DNA of 64,000 bases from Auanema rhodensis (taxonomy: Eukaryota > Animalia > Nematoda): contig OZ059899.1 of NCBI GenBank assembly GCA_964057225.1, positions 18,290,001 to 18,354,000 on the forward strand, read 5' to 3'. A model generated the notes under the pieces. It made no database searches. It saw only the letters and a program-made list of their open reading frames with translations, and was not told the origin of the DNA. Positions 40,801 through 54,300 of the stretch are shown here, piece by piece. Every line of letters starts with the position of its first letter. Within the stretch, counting starts at the first letter, position 1. Position numbers and translations under genes: made by a program.

Positions 40801-43800
40801 GTCTTCGCCTTAAAAAAAAAATCTGAAAACATCTACTTTTTGTGAAATTATTTTGAAATTTTTAGGGAAAATTTTTGTCAAAATGTTTTTGGAAGCAATG
40901 TTGAGTGTACATGGAAACTCAACATACACTAATGCATCATTTTTCAAACGATCATAACTAATTTTTGTATTGAGCGTTTCTCAATGTAGTATAGTGCATT
41001 CGATGGGGATTTTTAAGCTGCGTCGATCTGTGTTATCAGATTTGCGCTAGCTTAAAAATGCACCGAGATATCAACTGATATAAGTTCACACTTATATCCT
41101 CGATTTTCACCCTGAAGAATTAATTTTTTTGTTGAATAACATTGTCCATCGTCTTCGCCTTGAAAAAAGAAATCTAAAAACATCTACTTTTTGTGAAATT
41201 ATTTTGAAATTTTTCGGGAAAATTTTTGTCAAAATGTTTTTGGAAGCAATGTTGAGTGTACATGGAAACTCAACATACACTAATACATCATTTTTCAAAC
41301 GATCATAACTAATTTTTGTATTGAGGGTTTCTCAATGTAATATAGTGCATTCCATGCGGATTTTTAAGCTGCGTCGATCTGTGTTATCAGATTTGCGCTA
41401 GCTTAAAAATGCACCGAAATATCAACTGATATAAGTTCACACTTATATCCTCGATTTTCACCCTGAAGAATTAATTTTTTTGTTGAATAACCTTGTCCAT
41501 CGTCTTCACCTTGAAAAAAGGAATCTAAAAACATCTACTTTTTGTAAAATTATTTCGAAATTTTCAGAGAAAATTTTTGTCAAAATGTTTTTGGAAGCAA
41601 TGTTGAGTGTACATGGAAACTCAACATACACTAATGCATCATTTTTCAAACGATCATAACTAATTTTCGTATTAAGCGTTTCTCAATGTAGTATAGTGCA
41701 TTCGATGCGGATTTTTAAGCTGCGTCGATCTGTGTTATCAGATTTGCGATAGCTTAAAAATGCACCGAGATATCAACTGAAATAAGTTAACACATATATC
41801 CTCGATTTTCACCCTGAAGAATTAATTTTTTTGTTGAATAACATTGTCCATCGTCTTCGCCTTGAAAAAAGGAATCTAAAAACATCTACTTTTTGTGAAA
41901 TTATTTTGAAATTTTCAGGGAAAATTTTTCTCAAAATGTTTTTGGAAGCAATGTTGAGTGTACATGGAAACTCAACATACACTAATACATCATTTTTTAA
42001 ACGATCATAACTAATTTTTGTATTGAGGGTTTCTCAATGTCGTATAGTGCATTCGATGCGGATTTTTAAGCTGCGTCGATCTGTGTTATCAGATTTGCGC
42101 TATCTTTAAAATGCACCGAGATATCAACTGATATAAGTTCACACTTATATCCTCGATTTTCACCCTAAAAAATTGATTTTTTCGTTGAATAACATTGTCC
42201 ATCGTCTTTGCCTCGAAAAAAGGAATCTAAAAACATCTAATTTTTGTGAAATTATTTTGAAATTTTCAGGGAAAATTTTTGTCAAAATGTTTTTGGAAGC
42301 AATGTTGAGTGTACATGGAAACTCAACATACACTAATACATCATTTTTTAAACGATCATAACTAATTTTTGTATTGAGGGTTTCTCAATGTCGTATAGTG
42401 CATTCGATGCGGATTTTTAAGCTGCGTCGATCTGTGTTATCAGATTTGCGCTATCTTTAAAATGCACCGAGATATCAACTGATATAAGTTCACACTTATA
42501 TCCTCGATTTTCACCCTGAAAAATTGATTTTTTCGTTGAATAACATTGTCCATCGTCTTTGCCTTGAAAAAAGGAATCTAAAAACATCTAATTTTTGTGA
42601 AATTATTTCGAAATTTTTAGGTAAAATTTTTGTCAAAATGTTTTTGAAAGCAATGTTGAGTGTACATGGAAACTCAACATACACTAATGCATCATTTTTC
42701 AAACGATCATAACTAATTTTCGTATTAAGCGTTTCTCAATGTAGTATAGTGCATTCGATGCGGATTTTTAAGCTGCGTCGATCTGTGTTATCAGATTTGC
42801 GATAGCTTAAAAATGCACCGAGATATCAACTGAAATAAGTTAACACATATATCCTCGATTTTCACCCTGAAGAATTAATTTTTTTGTTGAATAACATTGT
42901 CCATCGTCTTCGCCTTGAAAAAAGGAATCTAAAAACATCTACTTTTTGTGAAATTATTTTGAAATTTTCAGGGAAAATTTTTGTCAAAATGTTTTTGGAA
43001 GCAATGTTGAGTGTACATGGAAACTCAACATACACTAATGCATCATTTTTCAAACGATCATAACTAATTTTCGTATTAAGCGTTTCTCAATGTAGTATAT
43101 TGCATTCGATGCGGATTTTTAAGCTGCGTCGATCTGTGTTATCAGATTTGCGCTAGCTTAAAAATGCACCGAGATATCAACTGAAATAAGTTAACACATA
43201 TATCCTCGATTTTCACCCTGAAGAATTAATTTTTTTGTTGAATAACATTGTCCATCGTCTTCGCCTTGAAAAAAGGAATCTAAAAACATCTACTTTTTGT
43301 GAAATTATTTTGAAATTTTTAGGGAAAATTTTTGTCAAAATGTTTTTGGAAGCAATGTTGAGTGTACATGGAAACTCAACATACACTAATACATCATTTT
43401 TTAAACAATCATAACTAATTTTTGTATTGAGGGTTTCTCAATGTCGTATAGTGCATTCGATGCGGATTTTTAAGCTGCGTCGATCTGTGTTATCAGATTT
43501 ACGCTAGCTTAAAAATGCACCGAAATATCAACTGATATAAGTTCACACTTATATCCTCGATTTTCACCCTGAAAAATTGATTTTTTCGTTGAATAACATT
43601 GTCCATCGTCTTTGCCTTGAAAAAAGGAATCTAAAAACATCTAATTTTCGTGAAATTATTTCGAAATTTTTAGGTAAAATTTTTGTCAAAATGTTTTTGA
43701 AAGCAATGTTGAGTGTACATGGAAACTCAACATACACTAATGCATCATTTTTCAAACGATCATGACTAATTTTTGTATTAAGCGTTTCTCAATGTAGTAT

Positions 43801-46800
43801 AGTGCATTCGATGCGGATTTTTAAGCTGCGTCGATCTGTGTTATCAGATTTGCGCTAGCTTAAAAATGCACCGAAATATCAACTGATATAAGTTCACACT
43901 TATATCCTCGATTTTCACCCTGAAGAATTAATTTTTTTGTTGAATAACCTTGTCCATCGTCTTCACCTTGAAAAAAGGAATCTAAAAACATCTACTTTTT
44001 GTAAAATTATTTTGAAATTTTTAGGGAAAATTTTTGTCAAAATGTTTTTGGAAGCAATGTTGAGTGTACATGGAAACTCAACATACACTAATGCATCTTT
44101 TTTCAAACGATCATAACTAATTTTTGTCATAAGCGTTTTTCAATGTAGTATAGTGCATTCGATGCGGATTTTTAAGCTGCGTCGATCTGTGTTATCAGAT
44201 TTGCGCTAGCTTAAAAATGCACCGAGATATCAACTGATATAAGTTCACACTTATATCCTCGATTTTCACCCTGAAAAATTGATTTTTTCGTTGAATAACA
44301 TTGTCCATCGTCTTTGCCTTGAAAAAAGGAATCTAAAAACACCTACTTTTTGTGAAATTATTTCGAAATTTCCAGAGAAAATTTTTGTCAAAATGTTTTT
44401 GGAAGCAATGTTGAGTGTACATGGAAACTCAACATACACTAATGCATCATTTTTCAAACGATCATAACTAATTTTTGTATTAAGCGTTTCTCAATGTAGT
44501 ATAGTGCATTCGATGCGGATTTTTAAGCTGCGTCGATCTGTGTTATCAGATTTGCGCTAGCTTAAAAATGCACCGAGATATTAACTGATATAAGTTTACA
44601 CTTATATCCTCGATTTTCACCCTGGAGAATTAATTTTTTCGTTGAATAACATTGTCCATCGTCTTCGCCTTGAAAAAAGAAATCTAAAAACATCTACTTT
44701 TTGTGAAATTATTTTGAAATTTTTCGGGAAAATTTTTGTCAAAATGTTTTTGGAAGCAATGTTGAGTGTACATGGAAACTCAACATACACTAATACATCA
44801 TTTTCTAAACGATCATAACTAATTTTTGTATTGAGGGTTTCTCAATGTAATATAGTGCATTCCATGCGGATTTTTAAGCTGCGTCGATCTGTGTTATCAG
44901 ATTTGCGCTAGCTTAAAAATGCACCGAGATATCAACTGATATAAGTTCACACTTATATCCTCGATTTTCACCCTGAAAAATTGATTTTTTCGTTGAATAA
45001 CATTGTCCATCGTCTTTGCCTTGAAAAAAGGAATCTAAAAACATCTACTTTTTGTGAAATTATTTTGAAATTTTCAGAGAAAATTTTTGTCAAAATGTTT
45101 TTGGAAGCAATGTTGAGTGTACATGGAAACTCAACATACACTAATGCATCATTTTTCAAACGATCATAACTAATTTTTGTATTAAGCGTTTCTCAATGTA
45201 GTATAGTGCATTCGATGCGGATTTTTAAGCTGCGTCGATCTGTGTTATCAGATTTGCGCTAGCTTAAAAATGCACCGAGATATTAACTGATATAAGTTTA
45301 CACTTATATCCTCGATTTTCACCCTGGAGAATTAATTTTTTCGTTGAATAACAATGTCCATCGTCTTCGCCTTAAAAAAAAAATCTGAAAACATCTACTT
45401 TTTGTGAAATTATTTTGAAATTTTTAGGGAAAATTTTTGTCAAAATGTTTTTGGAAGCAATGTTGAGTGTACATGGAAACTCAACATACACTAATGCATC
45501 ATTTTTCAAACGATCATAACTAATTTTTGTATTGAGGGTTTCTCAATGTAATATAGTGCATTCCATGCGGATTTTTAAGCTGCGTCGATCTGTGTTATCA
45601 GATTTGCGCTAGCTTAAAAATGCACCGAGATATCAACTGATATAAGTTCACACTTATAATCTCGATTTTCACCCTGAAGAATTAATTTTTTTGTTGAGTA
45701 ACATTGTCCATCGTCTTCACCTTGAAAAAAGGAATCTAAAAACATCTTCTTTTTGTAAAATTATTTTGAAATTTTTAGGGAAAATTTTTGTCAAAATGTT
45801 TTTGGAAGCAATGTTGAGTGTACATGGAAACTCAACATACACTAATGCATCATTTTTCAAACGATCATAACTATTTTTTGTATTGAGCGTTTCTCAATGT
45901 AGTATAGTGCATTCGAATCGGATTTTTAAGCTGCGTCGATCTGTGTTATCAGATTTGCGCTAGCTTAAAAATGCACCGAGATATCAACTGATATAAGTTC
46001 ACACTTATATCCTCGATTTTCACCCTGAAAAATTGATTTTTTCGTTGAATAACATTGTCCATCGTCTTTGCCTTGAAAAAAGGAATCTAAAAACATCTAC
46101 TTTTTGTAAAATTATTTTGAAATTTTCAGAGAAAATTTTTGTCAAAATGTTTTTGGAAGCAATGTTGAGTGTACATGGAAACTCAACATACACTAATGCA
46201 TCATTTTTCAAACGATCATAACTAATTTTTGTATTAAGCGTTTCTCAATGTAGTATAGTGCATTCGATGCGGATTTTTAAGCTGCGTCGATCTGTGTTAT
46301 CAGATTTGCGCTAGCTTAAAAATGCACCGAGATATTAACTGATATAAGTTCACACTTATATCCTCGATTTTCACCCTGAAAAATTGATTTTTTCGTTGAA
46401 TAACATTGTCCATCGTCTTTGCCTTGAAAAAAGGAATCTAAAAACATCTACTTTTTGTGAAATTATTTTGAAATTTTCAGAGAAAATTTTTGTCAAAATG
46501 TTTTTGGAAGCAATGTTGAGTGTACATGGAAACTCAACATACACTAATGCATCATTTTTCAAACGATCATAACTAATTTTTGTATTGAGCGTTTCTCAAT
46601 GTAGTATAGTGCATTCGATGGGGATTTTTAAGCTGCGTCGATCTATGTTATCAGATTTGCGCTATCTTTAAAATGCACCGAGATATCAACTGTTATAAGT
46701 TCACACTTATATCCTCGATTTTCACCCTGAAGAATTAATTTTTTTGTTGAATAACATTGTCCATCGTCTTCGCCTTGAAAAAAGAAATCTAAAAACATCT

Positions 46801-47499
46801 ACTTTTTGTGAAATTATTTTGAAATTTTTCGGGAAAATTTTTGTCAAAATGTTTTTGGAAGCAATGTTGAGTGTACATGGAAACTCAACATACACTAATA
46901 CATCATTTTCTAAACGATCATAACTAATTTTTGTATTGAGGGTTTCTCAATGTAATATAGTGCATTCCATGCGGATTTTTAAGCTGCGTCGATCTGTGTT
47001 ATCAGATTTGCGCTAGCTTAAAAATGCACCGAGATATCAACTGATATAAGTTCACACTTATAATCTCGATTTTCACCCTGAAGAATTAATTTTTTTGTTG
47101 AATAACATTGTCCATCGTCTTCACCTTGAAAAAAGGAATCTAAAAACATCTACTTTTTGTAAAATTATTTTGAAATTTTTAGGGAAAAATTTTGTCAAAA
47201 TGTTTTTGGAAGCAATGTTGAGTGTACATGGAAACTCAACATACACTAATGCATCATTTTTCAAACGATCATAACTAATTTTTGTATTAAGCGTTTCTCA
47301 ATGTAGTATAGTGCATTCGATGCGGATTTTTAAGCTGCGTCGATCTGTGTTATCAGATTTGCGCTAGCTTAAAAATGCACCCAAATATCAACTGATATAA
47401 GTTCACACTTATATCCTCGATTTTCACCCTGAAAAATTGATTTTTTCGTTGAATAACATTGTCCATTGTCTTTGCCTTGAAAAAAGGAATCTAAAAACA

Positions 47500-50400
47500 T
47501 CTACTTTTTGTGAAATTATTTTGAAATTTTTAGGGAAAATTTTTGTCAAAATGTTTTTGGAAGCAATGTTGAGTGTACATGGAAACTCAACATACACTAA
47601 TGCATCATTTTTCAAACGATCATAACTAATTTTTGTATTAAGCGTTTCTCAATGTAGTATAGTGCATTCGATGCGGATTTTTAAGCTGCGTCGATCTATG
47701 TTATCAGATTTGCGCTATCTTTGAAATGCACCGAGATATCAACTGTTATAAGTTCACACTTATATCCTCGATTTTCACCCTGAAGAATTAATTTTTTTGT
47801 TTAATAACATTGTCCATCGTCTTCACCTTGAAAAAAAGAATCTAAAAACATCTACTTTTTGTAAAATTATTTTGAAATTTTTAGGGAAAATTTTTGTCAA
47901 AATGTTTTTGGAAGCAATGTTGAGTGTACATGGAAACTCAACATACACTAATGCATCATTTTTCAAACGATCATAACTAATTTTTGTATTGAGCGTTTCT
48001 CAATGTAGTATAGTGCATTCGAATCGGATTTTTAAGCTGCGTCGATCTGTGTTATCAGATTTGCGCTAGCTTAAAAATGCACCGAGATATCAACTGATAT
48101 AAGTTCACACTTATATCCTCGATTTTCACCCTGAAAAATTGATTTTTTCGTTGAATAACATTGTCCATCGTCTTTGCCTTGAAAAAAGGAATCTAAAAAC
48201 ATCTACTTTTTGTGAAATTATTTTGAAATTTTCAGAGAAAATTTTTGTCAAAATGTTTTTGGAAGCAATGTTGAGTGTACATGGAAACTCAACATACACT
48301 AATGCATCATTTTTCAAACGATCATAACTAATTTTTGTATTAAGCGTTTCTCAATGTAGTATAGTGCATTCGATGCGGATTTTTAAGCTGCGTCGATCTG
48401 TGTTATCAGATTTGCGCAAGCTTAAAAATGCACCGAGATATCAACTGATATAAGTTTACACTTATATCCTCGATTTTCACCCTGGAGAATTAATTTTTTC
48501 GTTGAATAACAATGTCCATCGTCTTCGCCTTGATAAAAAAATCTAAAAACATCTACTTTTTGTGAAATTATTTTGAAATTTTAGGGAAAAATTTTGTCAA
48601 AATGTTTTTGGAAGCAATGTTGAGTGTACATGGAAACTCAACATACACTAATGCATCATTTTTCAAACGATCATAACTAATTTTTGTATTGAGCGTTTCT
48701 CAATGTAGTATAGTGCATTCGATGCGGATTTTTAAGCTGCGTCGATCTATGTTATCAGATTTGCGCTATCTTTAAAATGCACCGAGATATCAACTGTTAT
48801 AAGTTCACACTTATATCCTCGATTTTCACCCTGAAGAATTAATTTTTTTGTTGAATAACATTGTCCATCGTCTTCGCCTTGAAAAAAGAAATCTAAAAAC
48901 ATCTACTTTTTGTGAAATTATTTTGAAATTTTTCGGGAAAATTTTTGTCAAAATGTTTTTGGAAGCAATGTTGAGTGTACATGGAAACTCAACATACACT
49001 AATACATCATTTTCTAAACGATCATAACTAATTTTTGTATTGAGGGTTTCTCAATGTAATATAGTGCATTCCATGCGGATTTTTAAGCTGCGTCGATCTG
49101 TGTTATCAGATTTGCGCTAGCTTAAAAATGCACCGAGATATCAACTGATATAAGTTCACACTTATAATCTCGATTTTCACCCTGAAGAATTAATTTTTTT
49201 GTTGAATAACATTGTCCATCGTCTTCACCTTGAAAAAAGGAAACTAAAAACATCTACTTTTTGTAAAATTATTTTGAAATTTTTAGGGAAAAATTTTGTC
49301 AAAATGTTTTTGGAAGCAATGTTGAGTGTACATGGAAACTCAACATACACTAATGCATCATTTTTCAAACGATCATAACTAATTTTTGTATTGAGCGTTT
49401 CTCAATGTAGTATAGTGCATTCGAATCGGATTTTTAAGCTGCGTCGATCTGTGTTATCAGATTTGCGCTAGCTTAAAAATGCACCGAGATATCAACTGAT
49501 ATAAGTTCACACTTATATCCTCGATTTTCACCCTGAAAAATTGATTTTTTCGTTGAATAACATTGTCCATTGTCTTTGCCTTGAAAAAAGGAATCTAAAA
49601 ACATCTACTTTTTGTAAAATTATTTTGAAATTTTCAGAGAAAATTTTTGTCAAAATGTTTTTGGAAGCAATGTTGAGTGTACATGGAAACTCAACATACA
49701 CTAATGCATCATTTTTCAAACGATCATAACTAATTTTTGTATTAAGCGTTTCTCAATGTAGTATAGTGCATTCGATGCGGATTTTTAAGCTGCGTCGATC
49801 TGTGTTATCAGATTTGCGCTAGCTTAAAAATGCACCCAAATATCAACTGATATAAGTTTACACTTATATCCTCGATTTTCACCCTGGAGAATTAATTTTT
49901 TCGTTGAATAACAATGTCCATCGTCTTCGCCTTCAAAAAAAATCTAAAAACATCTACTTTTTGTGAAATTATTTTGAAATTTTTAGGGAAAATTTTTGTC
50001 AAAATGTTTTTGGAAGCAATGTTGAGTGTACATGGAAACTCAACATACACTAATGCATCATTTTTCAAACGATCATAACTAATTTTTGTATTAAGCGTTT
50101 CTCAATGTAGTATAGTGCATTCGATGCGGATTTTTAAGCTGCGTCGATCTATGTTATCAGATTTGCGCTATCTTTGAAATGCACCGAGATATCAACTGTT
50201 ATAAGTTCACACTTATATCCTCGATTTTCACCCTGAAGAATTAATTTTTTTGTTTAATAACATTGTCCATCGTCTTCACCTTGAAAAAAAGAATCTAAAA
50301 ACATCTACTTTTTGTAAAATTATTTTGAAATTTTTAGGGAAAATTTTTGTCAAAATGTTTTTGGAAGCAATGTTGAGTGTACATGGAAACTCAACATACA

Positions 50401-51320
50401 CTAATGCATCATTTTTCAAACGATCATAACTAATTTTTGTATTAAGCGTTTCTCAATGTAGTATAGTGCATTCGAATCGGATTTTTAAGCTGCGTCGATC
50501 TGTGTTATCAGATTTGCGCTAGCTTAAAAATGCACCGAGATATCAACTGATATAAGTTCACACTTATATCCTCGATTTTCACCCTGAAAAATTGATTTTT
50601 TCGTTGAATAACATTGTCCATCGTCTTTGCCTTGAAAAAAGGAATCTAAAAACATCTACTTTTTGTGAAATTATTTTGAAATTTTCAGAGAAAATTTTTG
50701 TCAAAATGTTTTTGGAAGCAATGTTGAGTGTACATGGAAACTCAACATACACTAATGCATCATTTTTCAAACGATCATAACTAATTTTTGTATTAAGCGT
50801 TTCTCAATGTAGTATAGTGCATTCGATGCGGATTTTTAAGCTGCGTCGATCTGTGTTATCAGATTTGCGCAAGCTTAAAAATGCACCGAGATATCAACTG
50901 ATATAAGTTTACACTTATATCCTCGATTTTCACCCTGGAGAATTAATTTTTTCGTTGAATAACAATGTCCATCGTCTTCGCCTTGATAAAAAAATCTAAA
51001 AACATCTACTTTTTGTGAAATTATTTTGAAATTTTAGGGAAAAATTTTGTCAAAATGTTTTTGGAAGCAATGTTGAGTGTACATGGAAACTCAACATACA
51101 CTAATGCATCATTTTTCAAACGATCATAACTAATTTTTGTATTGAGCGTTTCTCAATGTAGTATAGTGCATTCGATGCGGATTTTTAAGCTGCGTCGATC
51201 TATGTTATCAGATTTGCGCTATCTTTAAAATGCACCGAGATATCAACTGTTATAAGTTCACACTTATATCCTCGATTTTCACCCTGAAGAATTAATTTTT
51301 TTGTTGAATAACATTGTCCA
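47500..51320. repeat. Local higher-order repeat: 2453-bp 7-mer, ~1.5 copies
   Basis: ORF anchors 48126/50579; private markers tctttgaaatg, gcgcaagctt and ccttgataaaaaa each recur at 2453 bp. Confidence 0.85.
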
Positions 51321-54300
51321 TCGTCTTCACCTTGAAAAAAGAAATCTAAAAACATCTACTTTTTGTGAAATTATTTTGAAATTTTTCGGGAAAATTTTTG
51401 TCAAAATGTTTTTGGAAGCAATGTTGAGTATACATGGAAACTCAACATACACTAATGCATCATTTTTCAAACGATCATAACTAATTTTTGTATTGAGCGT
51501 TTCTCAATGTAGTATAGTGCATTCGATGCGGATTTTTAAGCTGCGTCGATCTATGTTATCAGATTTGCGCTATCTTTAAAATGCACCGAGATATCAACTG
51601 TTATAAGTTCACACTTATATCCTCGATTTTTACCCTGAAGAATTAATTTTTTTGTTTAATAACATTGTCCATCGTCTTTGCCTTGAAAAAAGAAATCTAA
51701 AAACATCTACTTTTTGTGAAATTATTTTGAAATTTTCAGAGAAAATTTTTGTCAAAATGTTTTTGGAAGCAATGTTGAGTGTACATGGAAACTCAACATA
51801 CACTAATACATCATTTTCTAAACGATCATAACTAATTTTTGTATTGAGGGTTTCTCAATGTAGTATAGTGCATTCGATGCGGATTTTTAAGCTGCGTCGA
51901 TCTATGTTATCAGATTTGCGCTATCTTTAAAATGCACCGATATATCAACTGATATAAGTTCACACTTATATCCTCGATTTTCACCCTGAAGAATTAATTT
52001 TTTTGTTGAATAACATTGTCCATCGTCTTCGCCTTGAAAAAAGGAATCTAAAAACATCTACTTTTTGTGAAATTATTTTGAAAATTTTTAGGGAAAATTT
52101 TTGTCAAAATGTTTTTGGAAGCAATGTTGAGTGTACATGGAAACTCAACATACACTAATACATCATTTTTTAAACGATCATAACTAATTTTTGTATTGAG
52201 GGTTTCTCAATGTAGTATAGTGCATTCGATGCGGATTTTTAAGCTGCGTCGATCTGTGTTATCAGATTTGCGCTAGCTTAAAAAAGCACCGAGATATCAA
52301 CTGATATAAGTTCACACTTATATCCTCGATTTTCACCCTGAAAAATTGATTTTTTCGTTGAATAACATTGTCCATCGTCTTTGCCTTGAAAAAAGGAATC
52401 TAAAAACATCTACTTTTTGTGAAATTATTTCGAAATTTTTAGGGAAAATTTTTGTCAAAATGTTTATGGAAGCAATGTTGAGTGTACATGGAAACTCAAC
52501 ATACACTAATACATCATTTTTTAAACGATCATAACTAATTTTTGTATTGAGGGTTTCTCAATGTAGTATAATGCATTCGATGCGGATTTTTAAGCTGCGT
52601 CGATCTGTGTTATCAGATTTGCGCTAGCTTAAAAAAGCACCGAGATATCAACTGATATAAGTTCACACTTATATCTTCGATTTTCACCCTGAAGAATTAA
52701 TTTTTTTGTTGAATAACATTGTCCATCGTCTTCACCTTGAAAAAAAGAATCTAAAAACATCTACTTTTTGTAAAATTATCTTGAAATTTTTCGGGAAAAT
52801 TTTTGTCAAAATGTTTTTGGAAGCAATGTTGAGTGTACATGGAAACTCAACATACACTAATACATCATTTTCTAAACGATCATAACTAATTTTTGTATTG
52901 AGGGTTTCTTAATGTAGTATAGTGCATTCGATGCGGAATTTTAAGCTGCGTCGATCTGTGTTATCAGATTTGCGCTATCTTTAAAATGCACCGATATATC
53001 AACTGATATAAGTTCACACTTATATCCTCGATTTTCACCCTGAAGAATTAATTTTTTTGTTGAATAACATTGTCCATCGTCTTCGCCTTGAAAAAAGGAA
53101 TCTAAAAACATCTACTTTTTGTGAAATTATTTTGAAATTTTTAGGGAAAATTTTTGTCAAAATGTTTTTGGAAGCAATGTTGAGTGTACATGGAAACTCA
53201 ACATACACTAATACAACATTTTTCAAACGATCATAACTAATTTTTGTATTGAGGGTTTCTCAATGTAGTATAGTGCATTCGATGCGGATTTTTAAGCTGC
53301 GTCGATCTGTGTTATCAGATTTGCGCTAGCTTAAAAAAGCACCGAGATATCAACTGATATAAGTTCACACTTATATCCTCGATTTTCCCCCTGAAAAATT
53401 GATTTTTTCGTTGAATAACATTGTCCATCGTCTTTGCCTTGAAAAAAGGAATCTAAAAACATCTACTTTTTGTAAAATTATTTTGAAATTTTTAGGGAAA
53501 ATTTTTGTCAAAATGTTTTTGAAAGCAATGTTGAGTGTACATGGAAACTCAACATACACTAATACATCATTTTTCAAACGATCATAACTAATTTTTGTAT
53601 TGAGGCTTTCTCAATGTAGTATAGTGCATTCGATGCGGATTTTTAAGCTGCGTCGATCTGTGTTATCAGATTTGCGCTAGCTTAAAAAAGCACCGAGATA
53701 TCAACTGAGATAAGTTCACACTTATATCCTCGATTTTCACCCTGAAAAATTGATTTTTTCGTTGAATAACATTGTCCATCGTCTTTGCCTTGAAAAAAGG
53801 AATCTAAAAACATCTACTTTTTGTGAAATTATTTCGAAATTTTTAGGGAAAATTTTTGTCAAAATGTTTTTGAAAGCAATGTTGAGTGTACATGGAAACT
53901 CAACATACACTAATACATCATTTTTTAAACGATCATAACTAATTTTTGTATTAAGCGTTTCTCAATGTTGTATAGTGCATTCGATGCGGATTTTTAAGCT
54001 GCGTCGATCTGTGTTATCAGATTTGCGCTAGCTTAAAAAAGCACCGAGATATCAACTGATATAAGTTCACACTTATATCTTCGATTTTCACCCTGAAGAA
54101 TTAATTTTTTTGTTGAATAACATTGTCCATCGTCTTCGCCTTGAAAAAAGAAATCTAAAAACATCTACTTTTTGTGAAATTATTTCGAAATTTTTAGGGA
54201 AAATTTTTGTCAAAATGTTTATGGAAGCAATGTTGAGTGTACATGGAAACTCAACATACACTAATACATCATTTTTTAAACGATCATAACTAATTTTTGT

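Noticed and set aside
40141-41555. Recombination hotspot at monomer positions ~139-150
   Set aside because: Two chimeras switch there, but others (e.g. 44565, 54738) switch elsewhere. There are too few events, and detection is biased by SNP density.
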